Positions 10,501 through 18,657 of a DNA stretch of 48,264 bases are shown in pieces (within the stretch, counting starts at the first letter, position 1; every line of letters starts with the position of its first letter). Location: positions 1-48,264 of the forward strand of contig JAJRWI010000046.1 of assembly GCA_024276825.1 (NCBI GenBank). The letters are read 5' to 3'. The position numbers and the translations under genes were made by a program. This DNA comes from an archaeon (GTDB lineage: Archaea; Asgardarchaeota; Thorarchaeia; Thorarchaeales; Thorarchaeaceae). Below the pieces are notes generated by a model, which was not told the origin of the DNA, made no database searches, and saw nothing but the letters and a program-made list of their open reading frames with translations.

Positions 10501-12335
10501 ATCTTAGAGTTGTACCAATACCATCATCTCTTGGGGGAGAGCAGCTGCCTAATCAGCTCACGGCCTACTTTGGTGACATTCTAAACATGACCATTGTTTA
10601 CAATGATACATATTATGGTGGTCTGATCTCTGGAGCTAACATCACATATACAATCGGAAATCTAACTGGTGTATTTGATGAAATAAGCAATGGCACTTAC
10701 AATGCAATCATAGACACAAGTCCTCTCGTCACTGGTACCTACTATTTAAGGCTGACTGCGTCACGAGCCAATTATTCCACAGTTCATAAGAATGTGCTCT
10801 TGAATTTACTCCCAATACCTACTGATGTGGATGTGCTCGGAATTCCAACGCTCGAAGGATATCCCGAGCAAAATGTAAGTGTAATTGTTCAATATGTAAA
10901 TACTCGAAACAACAATACAATCGCTGGAGCGGCTGTAACTGTATCATGGGAGGGTGGTACTGGATACGTTGAGGATCTCGGTGACGGTAGATACAATATC
11001 ACAATTAATCTTGGAAACCAATTGCCTCGATTATACGATGTAAAGATTCAGCTCTACAAATCTAACTACCTGCTGGGATCCGAGCAAGTTCAGGTAATTA
11101 TCAAAAGAACGCCAGCATCCATAACTGGTCCTTCATCAGCCTCCGTGCCAATCAATGACACTGCCACATTTGTTTTTACAGTATACAATGATCTGAATGG
11201 CGAGATAATTCATGACATTAACGGTCTTGTATACTGGGACCTTGGGCCTGAACCATTAACCCCACTCGAAAATGGAAGCTATTCATTCACAATACCAGAT
11301 GATCTCCCAATTAATACATATGACATTGAGGTAGCATTTACCACATCTATGTATCAAATATCATCCTTCACTATGAATCTTGAGATAAGAGACATTCACA
11401 CTTCTCTCTTATATGAGAATAACACCATTGTCACTACACCGGGAAGCACAATCGAGGTTCGCATAACCTACTATGATATTGATCATAGTCTTGGAATTAG
11501 TGGGGCCGTTGTAAATGTGCAGTATAGCTCAGAGAATCTGACCTACTTTGCTGACTTGACCACAGAAGAAAATGGCACCTACCGATTCGTTTTCCAGATT
11601 CATGCAGTTAGAACATTCTCACTGACAATCTCATTTGCCAAGGAACATTACCAGACTCAGATAGTTGTCCTCCACATCTACTCTGACATTTCTGCTGAAC
11701 AGGTGCTTGCTCAACAATCAATGATGTGGGGCGGTATCGCACTGTTTGCAATTGCGGCCCTAATAGCAGCTTATGTCAGATACTTCAGTGTGCCTAAGCT
11801 TATCAGGGCAATGAATGCGTTAATTGCAGCCCTTCGCAAGGGCAAAGTGCCCAGACCATATCCCGCCAAGAGCCGAGCACAATTACTGCAAGAGATCACT
11901 AATAAGGAACTCGAGCCGATTGGCATTGTCAAGACATTGGATGAAATCACTGGCGAAACAGTAGAGGCAATTGTTCCAGAAGTCAATCAACTCTTGGATC
12001 GCCTTGCTGAGATTACTGGTCTTGGTCCTGAAGAGATTGATGCATTTCGGGCAGACTTAGCAAGAATGAAGCCAAGCGAGCGACCTGGCTTCTTGATGGA
12101 AGTGATTGCTCAAGAGGAAGCACGCAGGGCCGAAGCACTAGCAGAAGGCGAGCCTCAAGAACCCATACGTGAAACTCTCGGAGAACGACCAGATGAACTT
12201 GAGGAGCTGAGACTACGTCTTGAGAAGAAGGGTCTTGGCGAAGATGAGATTGAAATAATTCTGGAACAGGCTCAGAACCTCTCAAAAGCTGACCTTGAGG
12301 CTCTTCTTTCAAGTCTTGGAATTGACATAGACTAG
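4578..12335 (+). CDS. Giant (2585 aa) Ig-like-repeat single-pass membrane protein, paralog of the upstream gene
   Basis: Signal peptide (MKRLRK plus hydrophobic stretch), an N-terminal non-repeat head of about 600 aa, tandem Ig-like repeats, TM (WGGIALFAIAALIAAYV) and a helical cytoplasmic tail. ATGA overlap with the upstream stop. Confidence 0.88.
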   Translation: MKRLRKTIPLAFLAFVLVIQLLMSSMAFPGMVPSSPSKNSESSNELRYYEDDDGTRIPLGPGEEIHKFVISTQGTTEWSGTSDYLPAAEYGNRSDLFTSQNMYYYSDGTIINKSVAIPTGADWEAYYVDAEISDLTENRTWMTNPDFTNNANGWTLGSVGNNSGYSNTFAEWLQNTTAPDYSCLHFEIRSSSTSAPYFYDDGDASYALQTVTVPRGDVVWAGLRLDYWADTTDDTHYGMTGSFMIYANIEGTRVWNMVFGDIGAEETWFDSGLMTIQDSIFNLPTDQSVSLEVGLLSTATVGYDPEIGPHARVDNIVLYLKTRATPSSVNLQMNGLDVTDGTGYGTGTINETPSTPWSVNPVLLNFTWAPTPATPDPNKDITIELDVSTNIFARRTTAQTVYEISPASYGERFTIQNGTLANYSTYFYANIPDGYPNRYFFNLTLPATRDVFFVAKPLAPSTNLTSGWTGGDIGNGYLNVSAYDVATEAGRYGYWRIQSQSANMITDILMLDPATSTWKRFVDIRAGNSTKISVYVGAAYANSIVNVTIYDPSGAAWDSVSATVNSTGYATTGSFNFAGLNASAGSWMIEAVTNDRGTTGIWRNTGFFKRAFTVTHVSDITIDYPNDAVGTWMTNVTYGDLLLVVINATDLDSSIMVPGGALEYTWALGSSTFDDSGNGQYTKVFDTGNLPGKGQYVMSLNWYHPNFDNSTAQLVINVNYATELTSPDYPGIQGPVGASQSFLVNFTNVNGTGILNALVICNWSQSYTVMEQGGGIYRIDLNTTGMVISEYPVQITASAPFVETNTMLMYVEIREIYNTVSYSANQLSIPVGEAASFTITWTDSDTGNPITGGASYITCNWTSFHSFGEQNYTISEIAPGEYNVTIYTQSDDPLTAPNEYYTVQFNVSRKNYQNHTFYIDIQIRSHNTLFILDEPVEQTLYGDPIVVLVYYEDTDLSEGIGNSTGFVSITVTSPGVPSLSYSTSVSSFGTGHYNITIPSGQWGSIGWKNLTIFIEWTGSVNKYYSKTINTSVRVLGTETDLFLELAPTATIYLNDFTFSVVYYDSINATRISNSSFNVFYTITPLSAGHPVTQSDFVMIESISNPGTYEFSLNSSKFGAIGSFQFEIAFMWSAGVQPFYENQTMTITLVVLERPTYIDYSPVQATPYGEIAEFMFSYIDSLTTSIIANSTQLSIGINEDGIIYTILYNASTKAFTLLINTSSLGGIGTFTLHLNVTWIGEPFYSAVSSQSFNVKVTLRSTQLSHKSFASPQWGNNVTIEFVYTDLVSGSTIGMTGTLTLDAFLSGWYTVTYLGDGNYLVEIDTHGFASDGQYSLNATIVYTGSNYAADATNLFDIIVQKRSTQFGYDTPDTTPFAENVTFIVNYVDDTTGQGIEGASITVSCSTSNEALILNVNYWFTDLASGQYEIKVNSTALGTVNLFVLNVTASKSGAPYYQPASIYVSARVSQRTTQILITQTPGDVPFLENVTFKFKFEDYLTGSLIPINKSHITLTHGNGMDIITSQNYALYNYGTYYEISFSSTIINPLALEVGHEIQILINKSLGVPFYAPRNSSTSVTTVERPTQILFPSIDPTPFGDNITINLEYIDYLTSAGVDGATLTVEIANSTSPTYYVFDLSNGEYQVLIPSQQFSGTGVILLNITLSRTGAPFYSTRQTTDVPATIREIQTSLLSEAPAAGTVPVGDPLTVNLTLTDFDHSLPIEGAIVTTNWFELYGTNIEVQELNGGQYQLIINTTGLIAQSYEFSIQASKVNYQTSNISITIQPGSPTVEIVLEKTTYYADWGQILTIRFAVQESLKNTTLAGMNATLLWNGTLYSFTDNGDGTYMLDLDTSDMDVGTFEPQITVSRELYQTRYKSFILIVSKSSAQIVPESTQYNVVLETSLTFTVYLNDTARNLPVLDATVSFEWNNTPYSMTNNGTPGFYTGLIDVSGFAIGDYPIEINAFATNFQLFKITIDLRVVPIPSSLGGEQLPNQLTAYFGDILNMTIVYNDTYYGGLISGANITYTIGNLTGVFDEISNGTYNAIIDTSPLVTGTYYLRLTASRANYSTVHKNVLLNLLPIPTDVDVLGIPTLEGYPEQNVSVIVQYVNTRNNNTIAGAAVTVSWEGGTGYVEDLGDGRYNITINLGNQLPRLYDVKIQLYKSNYLLGSEQVQVIIKRTPASITGPSSASVPINDTATFVFTVYNDLNGEIIHDINGLVYWDLGPEPLTPLENGSYSFTIPDDLPINTYDIEVAFTTSMYQISSFTMNLEIRDIHTSLLYENNTIVTTPGSTIEVRITYYDIDHSLGISGAVVNVQYSSENLTYFADLTTEENGTYRFVFQIHAVRTFSLTISFAKEHYQTQIVVLHIYSDISAEQVLAQQSMMWGGIALFAIAALIAAYVRYFSVPKLIRAMNALIAALRKGKVPRPYPAKSRAQLLQEITNKELEPIGIVKTLDEITGETVEAIVPEVNQLLDRLAEITGLGPEEIDAFRADLARMKPSERPGFLMEVIAQEEARRAEALAEGEPQEPIRETLGERPDELEELRLRLEKKGLGEDEIEIILEQAQNLSKADLEALLSSLGIDID

Positions 12336-12367
12336 AATAAACGGATGGCTAAAATGCCATCCATCAT

Positions 12368-13405
12368 TTATTTTTCAAAAGTGCGTTCAACCTCTTCAAG
12401 GATGTCCGGATGGTTCTCAAAATAAGTCCTTGCTGGTTCAAGTAATTCAATTAAGGTTTGAGCGACTGCATTTTTTACATCCATAGGATGTATGTCTTTT
12501 GACGAATATGCCCTTTCAAAATCATCAATATTATCAAACTCAACATCACCGCCAAATTTCTCCTTTCGATGTATCAAGAGTTTTCCCATCCTTGGAAAAA
12601 TGATATATCTCACAGTTGAGGTGATAGGATTTTGGTCAAGCACGCCTGCGGGACAATATGCCTTATTGATTGTGCTCTTGATCTGCTCAGGCGAGTCTGT
12701 GACACGAATATGAGAGGTGGGGTCGCTGGCGGACATCTTCGCTCCGCCACCTCTCAATGAAGGAAGTAAGGGCATGAAGATGTATGTTCCCTTTCTGTAA
12801 TTAACAAATTCAAGGAGTTCTCTACCTAGCATGTAGATATTCCTCTGATCGATTCCCCCAACAGTTATATCAGCACTAAGGTATTTCACATCCAAGATCT
12901 GCAATAGCGGGTAGAGCAGCTCTGAGACCTTAGCATCGCCCTTCATTCTGACGACTTCGCTGGCTGCTCTCTTTGCTCGATTTGTCGTCACCCTTGCAGC
13001 TATCCTATACAAGTCCTCAACATAGTCGCGTCTGTGTTGATACTCTGAGCCTCTTACAAATCTTAATTGCTTGGCGGCCTTTCCAAGAATGCCTTTAATA
13101 CATTGCTTGTAATATTCAGAGCGAAGATCCATCAGTTCAAATGATGTCTTCATGTCATCCAGATGAGCATGATAATCTGCAAGAAGAATTGTGCCAGTCC
13201 CACCAATCCCAGCAAGTTGAACCATCTTGTTCAAGGGAATTAGATATGCAAAATGAAATGGACCTGTTGGAGCTGTGCCATAATAGAAGTTGAACTTGGG
13301 CTTCTTCTGCAAGATCTCCCGCACTTCATTTTCAGTCACAATCTCTTCTGCATTGCTTATCGCCTTCTCAAACCCTGATGGGTTTTACTCGTTTATTCCA
13401 CTCAT
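12368..13405 (-). CDS. tyrS: Tyrosine--tRNA ligase (archaeal/eukaryotic type); start uncertain because of an in-frame TAA at 13385-13387
   Basis: YYGTAPTGPFHFAY (HIGH-like), LADYHA, YPLLQILD, GGIDQR, AKMSAS (KMSKS-like), KAYCP, HPMDVK. The conserved N-terminus NAEEIVTE extends upstream of the GTG at 13339. The ATG at 13405 is preceded by GTGAGGT. Confidence 0.93.
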
Positions 13406-13464
13406 GAATACCTCACAACCTGCATTTTCATCTGGATGATGCTTTAGTCTGTAAGCTGATTGTT

Positions 13465-13474
13465 TTAAGCTTGA
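13465..13474 (-). promoter_or_regulatory. Putative BRE/TATA-like promoter element TCAAGCTTAA upstream of tyrS
   Basis: The identical 10-mer also lies upstream of thrS (46366-46375). It is about 60 nt upstream of the ATG at 13405. Confidence 0.4.
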
Positions 13475-13481
13475 TGGACAA

Positions 13482-14501
13482 TTAACCTCTTTTTGATGCG
13501 CGGCGCAAGACAATTCCCAAGGCGGCAAATCCAACAATCACACTAAACCACAGTGTGACGACTCTGATGATGATTGTTGCGGCGCCTGCAACTCCACTTG
13601 TTAGACCCATCAATAACTGCATTAGTGCGACAGCGCTTACCTCATAACCCACGAGTCCTCCGGGAAGAAAGGACAGAGCACCAACAGCAGAAGCAGTGGC
13701 ATGTATGAAGGTGGCCTGAAGTAGCAGGACCAATGACGAGTAAGTAAGTGAGGGTAGTCCTGCTCCAGTCAAAATGCTCAGCAATAACCACAGTTCCATA
13801 CATTCCATGAACCACCCAGGAACGCTGACCAAGGTGCTTAGGGCCATGGGCTTCGGAGAGAGTGTGCTGGTCATGGTTTCCTCAATAAGATTTGAGCTCT
13901 CCTTGAAACGTTTTAGAGGACCAAAGCTTGTCATCTTTGAAAGAACCTTCTGGTAAAATGCGCTATGTCCCAAAATTAGCGCTCCCACAAGAGCCACGAC
14001 GCCAACCAGTGCTACAAGGTATAATTGGTCTGTGGCCGCGAATCCAATCATAAAGCCGAACATTGCAAGAATGACCATTGCGAGAAGATCAGTCACTCTC
14101 TCAGAAACCACCACAGGAACAGTCTTTGCCAATGGTGCGTTATTAATGTCATTAATGAACACCCCTTTGATACCTTCCCCAATCTTGCCAGGAGTCGCTG
14201 TGAGAGTAAACCCTGCGAGGAATATGGAGAAACTGTCAGAATGGTTCAGATTTATGCCAATCCTTCTAAGATAATACTGCCACTTGACGTATCTGATGAT
14301 ATAGTTGAGGAATGAGAGACCCATCATTGCAGGGAGTACCCACCATGGCAATAGGGAGATTGCGGCAGAAATGGAGTCTATCTGGCTATAGAGGATTATT
14401 GCCAGATATACAAGAACTCCAAGAATTACAAAGATTGCAACTTTCTTAATACTAATGAATGACCCGACAGTTTCCTTGTCCTCACTTTTTCCAAGCGTCA
14501 T
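13482..14501 (-). CDS. UPF0104 / lysylphosphatidylglycerol synthase TM-domain (flippase-like) membrane protein
   Basis: About 8-9 TM helices with motifs R-Y-x-K-W, TPGKIGE, ERVTD, PGGLVGYE and R-x-x-T-L-W typical of this family. Confidence 0.85.
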   Translation of the reverse strand: MTLGKSEDKETVGSFISIKKVAIFVILGVLVYLAIILYSQIDSISAAISLLPWWVLPAMMGLSFLNYIIRYVKWQYYLRRIGINLNHSDSFSIFLAGFTLTATPGKIGEGIKGVFINDINNAPLAKTVPVVVSERVTDLLAMVILAMFGFMIGFAATDQLYLVALVGVVALVGALILGHSAFYQKVLSKMTSFGPLKRFKESSNLIEETMTSTLSPKPMALSTLVSVPGWFMECMELWLLLSILTGAGLPSLTYSSLVLLLQATFIHATASAVGALSFLPGGLVGYEVSAVALMQLLMGLTSGVAGAATIIIRVVTLWFSVIVGFAALGIVLRRASKRG

Positions 14502-15168
14502 ATGCAATCCTCCGTACTCTCATCCACAGCATTGTTGGAATGTGCCAGATAAACATCGAACTGTGCCCTGTAATCTGCGTCTGGCCCCTCCTAAGTCGCG
14601 AGTAAATGTCCTCTGCTGTGTCTATGTCTTGAAGCCATGTCCTCGCATTTCCAACCTCAAAATATGTGTGCCCATCAGAACCTGCAGTCATTGGTTTGTT
14701 CAGTCTTTTCGCCAGCTTCTGGGCACGTTTGTTGAAGAGGTCTATAATGCACCTTGAATTGATACCTTCAATCAGATCAACATGTTTTGATATAATTTCA
14801 TCAGGAAGCCCTTTTCTGATTGCTGTATACTTCCTAGTTGGGTCTCTGGGGTGAGGTAAGATTACCAATCCACCTTGAGCGTGGATGTCCTCCGCAATCT
14901 CTTCAAATGTTCGGTTCTTTATCACTTCATTGATGAATATACCAATGACCTCACCATAGTCTGTGGACTTGAACTCACAGGCAGGAAGTATGAATCTTTC
15001 ATCCTTCTCAATGACATGACGCAAGGCAGGGTACCAGTGTTCAGTTAGTGCAATCCCGCGAAGTCCTTTTTTTCTCATCGTCTTGAAGAGTGTTCTAGGT
15101 GAATTGAGACCATCCTTTGAGTAAATCGTGTGCACATGTAAGTCAAAGGATGACATTCGCGAACTCAT
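14482..15168 (-). CDS. PHP-domain metal-dependent phosphoesterase
   Basis: DLHVHTIYSKDG, ALTEH, HP, GSDGH metal-binding motifs are all present. Confidence 0.88.
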   Translation of the reverse strand: MSSRMSSFDLHVHTIYSKDGLNSPRTLFKTMRKKGLRGIALTEHWYPALRHVIEKDERFILPACEFKSTDYGEVIGIFINEVIKNRTFEEIAEDIHAQGGLVILPHPRDPTRKYTAIRKGLPDEIISKHVDLIEGINSRCIIDLFNKRAQKLAKRLNKPMTAGSDGHTYFEVGNARTWLQDIDTAEDIYSRLRRGQTQITGHSSMFIWHIPTMLWMRVRRIAYDAWKK

Positions 15169-15180
15169 CAAATCATCTCA

Positions 15181-16146
15181 TCATGGCGGTATTATGGGTG
15201 GGAATAATATGGGAAACAGGCCAAGGAAGAAGTTGTAGACCTCGGAATAGAAGAACAGGGTGAGTAATAGGGTTATGCCAAACAGAATGGCACCTATGAT
15301 TATTCCCTTATCTTTCAGGGCCAAGTGCGGTTTCCTCCCGACAGGACTTCCTGAAAACACAAGGTAGACATATCGAAGCACAATACCTGCAACTATGGGT
15401 ACCGTCATCATTACTGGCTGAGTTAACAAGGTGTCACGATAGTTCTCATAACAATAAAGAGCATAGAACATCACAACCCATGTGGCTGAAATGCTGATCC
15501 CATGATCCAACATCTCTTTGTTATATTGCTTAAACACTGGCTTGTGCAATGCCGCCTCATTGCCAAGTAGCTGCAGTTCATTCTTTCTCTTTCCAAAGCC
15601 AAGCACAAGGGCAACAAAGAATACCCCAATTACAAGCCATGATGTGAAAGGCACCCCTATGAGAAATGTTCCTGAGATTGCTCTTATAACAAAGCCAACT
15701 GCAATCACACAGACATCAATTATCGCATAATTACGTAGACCCCAGTTGTATAGCTGACTGTTAATTATGTAGAATATCACCATTAACAAGAATGCTGTAT
15801 TCTGTAGGTATGCAACAGTAAGACCACCTATCAACAATATCGCTGCCAGCAAACGTGCATTTCTTCTTGTTGCTCTTCCAGAGGGGAGGGGTCTTTCTTT
15901 CTTCTCGGGATGAGCAGCATCTTTTTCTTCATCCGCAATGTCGTTGAAGATGTATCCCGCGCTCGAAACGGCGCAAAGAATCGCAAAGCCGAGGGTCAGT
16001 ACTGGCAAGCTTGATAGTACAAAGTTCAACCAGACCTCGAAATTATCGAGTTTTCCAAAGACCACAGGGATATAGATTAGCACATTTTTGTACCATTGAT
16101 GTGGTCTCATTAATCTAATGTAGTCCTTTACTGCCATTTTTGTCAC
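15181..16146 (-). CDS. UbiA-family prenyl-phosphate phosphoribosyltransferase (decaprenyl-phosphate phosphoribosyltransferase-like)
   Basis: RPHQWYKN, NDIADEEKDAAHPEKKERPLPSG, GFVIRAISG and GKRKNEL match the DPPR-synthase subfamily of UbiA; multi-TM. Confidence 0.85.
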   Translation of the reverse strand: MTKMAVKDYIRLMRPHQWYKNVLIYIPVVFGKLDNFEVWLNFVLSSLPVLTLGFAILCAVSSAGYIFNDIADEEKDAAHPEKKERPLPSGRATRRNARLLAAILLIGGLTVAYLQNTAFLLMVIFYIINSQLYNWGLRNYAIIDVCVIAVGFVIRAISGTFLIGVPFTSWLVIGVFFVALVLGFGKRKNELQLLGNEAALHKPVFKQYNKEMLDHGISISATWVVMFYALYCYENYRDTLLTQPVMMTVPIVAGIVLRYVYLVFSGSPVGRKPHLALKDKGIIIGAILFGITLLLTLFFYSEVYNFFLGLFPILFPPIIPP

Positions 16147-16149
16147 CAG

Positions 16150-17271
16150 TCATTCAGAATATGACTTCCATAGCTTGCCCCATTCTGTTTCTTCAAGGAA
16201 CCACCTGACCCACTTCTTGCCAAACAGTGGAAGCCATATGCCATCATGATATAGTCCGGAAAGTTGCGTGGGTAACCACATGAGTGGTGACCTAAAAATC
16301 AATGTTTCCATCCCCGGGAACCGTAGAAATCCCCTGTTCCATTGAATCACTGGACTCTGACCAGGTCGCATTTTGAAGTTTGGCAAGTCCTTCCATGACT
16401 CGAAATCGCCGACTAACTCAATCTGCTCGGGGTCTGCTGTACCCAGACCGAGTTGGTGTGCGATCTGTATCTTTCTCACTGCTTTCAGGTCAAGACCCAT
16501 AATTCTCGATTGAACCGTGTCTGCGGCTACCATGTCATCGGTGGCTATCAGTATGTTTCCAATCTTAGGAATCATCGTACGAGGTCCATTACCATCGCCC
16601 ATCACTGTTCCATCAGTGAGCACAAATTCGGAATGTGAGATTGTCTTCTGTAATAAAAGTAGGTCAACGAGAACCTCATGTATCTTGAGATGAGCAAGGT
16701 GCCGCTTCTTGGTCAAATATAATCCAAATGAGTCCTTCAGAGCCCCAGTCATCCATGTATGTCCATGTGTTTTAATTGTGGGCAAATGGATTATGTTTGT
16801 TCCGAATATCTCTTTGGGAGCAATTATCTCACCAAAGATCTTCTTAAGAACTAGGGTTTCTCGAGGAAGCTCCACATCCACATAAGTTGCTTTGATAAGA
16901 GGTAGGAAATTAATCCTGTGCTTCTTCATTACAGGATACCAATTGTTTCCCTTGACTCCTGCATAGATGTTGGTGACCACTGTTTCATTTTCGACTGCAG
17001 TTATTGTCTTTGGGTCAAACCCATCAGATATCATCTTGCGAAGGAGTCCATCAAGGATATAGGGGTTTGTGGAACATGCTGGATAAAATTTTGACCATGA
17101 TAGGTTTAGTTTGATTGTAGTCGTCACATCCTTTGAAACATGCTTGTCATATTCTGCAAGGTCCATCACTCTGGCAATGTCTTCAAAAATGGTCTTGGGT
17201 GTGGTCCTGACAACAGCTACCTTTTGCATTAACTGCTCATCTCTCTTCTGTGATGCTTGTTTTGGCAACAT
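16150..17271 (-). CDS. DUF362-family protein
   Basis: IKLNLSW...PACST-x-P, LPTIKTHGHTWMTGALKD, DG-x-x-x-G-x-G-x-GP, D-x-V-A-x-D. No appended ferredoxin domain. Confidence 0.8.
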   Translation of the reverse strand: MLPKQASQKRDEQLMQKVAVVRTTPKTIFEDIARVMDLAEYDKHVSKDVTTTIKLNLSWSKFYPACSTNPYILDGLLRKMISDGFDPKTITAVENETVVTNIYAGVKGNNWYPVMKKHRINFLPLIKATYVDVELPRETLVLKKIFGEIIAPKEIFGTNIIHLPTIKTHGHTWMTGALKDSFGLYLTKKRHLAHLKIHEVLVDLLLLQKTISHSEFVLTDGTVMGDGNGPRTMIPKIGNILIATDDMVAADTVQSRIMGLDLKAVRKIQIAHQLGLGTADPEQIELVGDFESWKDLPNFKMRPGQSPVIQWNRGFLRFPGMETLIFRSPLMWLPTQLSGLYHDGIWLPLFGKKWVRWFLEETEWGKLWKSYSE

Positions 17272-17312
17272 TGCACCTTATGAAGATAATGCAATGTCAA
17301 GATTTGTTCCAG

Positions 17313-18161
17313 CTAAATCTCAACTGCGTGAACTGTAAGATCTGAGTCAATTCTCGCAATCATGGGTGTTATTCGTCCGCCATAGGATGTGCTGAAAATA
17401 CTGATAAGACGACCATCAAAGAATGTACGTATTCCCTCTGGAAATGCCTCATGAGCGCGAATGAATAGCCGCAGGTTAAGATTCCCCATGAATTTCTGAA
17501 ACGCTACAAGTCCAAAAAAGCGCGCAATAGCCCCTCTGATACTGAATGTGAACTCGAAGTTCATCTCCTTGGGATCGTTCCATACCAATTGTGACAGTCT
17601 ATCATCTGGGAAGTTAACATCAAATCGGTTAATACTGCTCAAATCATTCAGCGAATACACATCCTCAGGAACTCCTCCATGGCAAGCAAAGATACCACTT
17701 CTGCTTAGGGCAGCAATTGGAATGACCTTGAAGAAATCAAGGAACTCTAGATATAGCTCCTCCGAATAATTCTGCTTCACCTCACTATGAAAGCCATAGC
17801 GACCGCTGACCTCTTGGGACTCGTGATTTCCTCTAAGTAAAGTCACACGTTCGGGAATCTGCAACTTGAGTGCGACCAAATGCAGCAATGTGTCAACTTG
17901 TGCGGGACCTCTGTCTACATAGTCTCCCAAGAAGACTGCGTGATAATCAGAATGCATTATTTTGTTGGCAATCTTCCTTGCACATTTAAGATCGCCATGC
18001 AGGCCTCCGATATAGAAAAGTTTCGCCTTTGGTGTGGTAATGACATTCGGGAGCATTCTTAGCTGGTCTTTTGCTTCACCTAGAATCTGAACAATCTCTT
18101 CATGATTCAACTTGGTCTTTCCATTGAGAATGTTATTAGCAATTTTCATCACTATTCCCAT
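17313..18161 (-). CDS. PPP-family Ser/Thr protein phosphatase homolog (first motif GGLHG instead of GDxHG)
   Basis: GDYVDRG, LRGNHE, CHGG, WNDP, IRAHE, ISIFS. The true start may be a few codons downstream. Confidence 0.88.
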   Translation of the reverse strand: MGIVMKIANNILNGKTKLNHEEIVQILGEAKDQLRMLPNVITTPKAKLFYIGGLHGDLKCARKIANKIMHSDYHAVFLGDYVDRGPAQVDTLLHLVALKLQIPERVTLLRGNHESQEVSGRYGFHSEVKQNYSEELYLEFLDFFKVIPIAALSRSGIFACHGGVPEDVYSLNDLSSINRFDVNFPDDRLSQLVWNDPKEMNFEFTFSIRGAIARFFGLVAFQKFMGNLNLRLFIRAHEAFPEGIRTFFDGRLISIFSTSYGGRITPMIARIDSDLTVHAVEI

Positions 18162-18649
18162 CCTAGGACTTTGAAGATATAGTCAACTGCCTCTTTTGGA
18201 GTGGTCGCTGAATAGACAACATCCTCTCTTCTTGAATCAATCCTTGTCCCTGCCAACCGTTGAGCCCATCCGCCCGTTGTTGGGATTGCGACAATTGGCT
18301 TGTCCGAAAACCATGCAATTGCCATCTCGCTCAATGTTCCAGCTGAACCATCAATTGCAACAACCGCATCGCCAGTTTTAGCCACTAGGAAATTTCTGGC
18401 AAACCCAAGTCCTGTTGGTATCACAATGTCGACATAGGGATTTGCAGTCGGCTTGTCGTCTTGCGGTATTATCCCAACTGTAAGGCCACCTGCAGTCTTA
18501 GCTCCCTTACATGCGGCTTCCATAATTCCTCCTACACCCCCACAGACTAATACTATTCTCCTCTTCCCTATCTCAGAGCCCAATTCTTCAGCCACTATTA
18601 GAGTGTCATCATCGGGTTGAGAGCCGCCTATTACAGAAATGGTTCTCAT
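18152..18649 (-). CDS. LOG / TIGR00725-family Rossmann-fold nucleotide-binding protein
   Basis: VCGGVGGIMEAACKGA, TVGIIP, TGLGFARN, GSAGTLSE. Confidence 0.9.
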   Translation of the reverse strand: MRTISVIGGSQPDDDTLIVAEELGSEIGKRRIVLVCGGVGGIMEAACKGAKTAGGLTVGIIPQDDKPTANPYVDIVIPTGLGFARNFLVAKTGDAVVAIDGSAGTLSEMAIAWFSDKPIVAIPTTGGWAQRLAGTRIDSRREDVVYSATTPKEAVDYIFKVLGWE

Positions 18650-18657
18650 GTGCAAGT

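Noticed and set aside
1-12335. DNA-level tandem repeats or CRISPR-like array in the giant genes
   Set aside because: Periodicity is visible only at the protein level. No identical nucleotide repeat units or spacers were seen.
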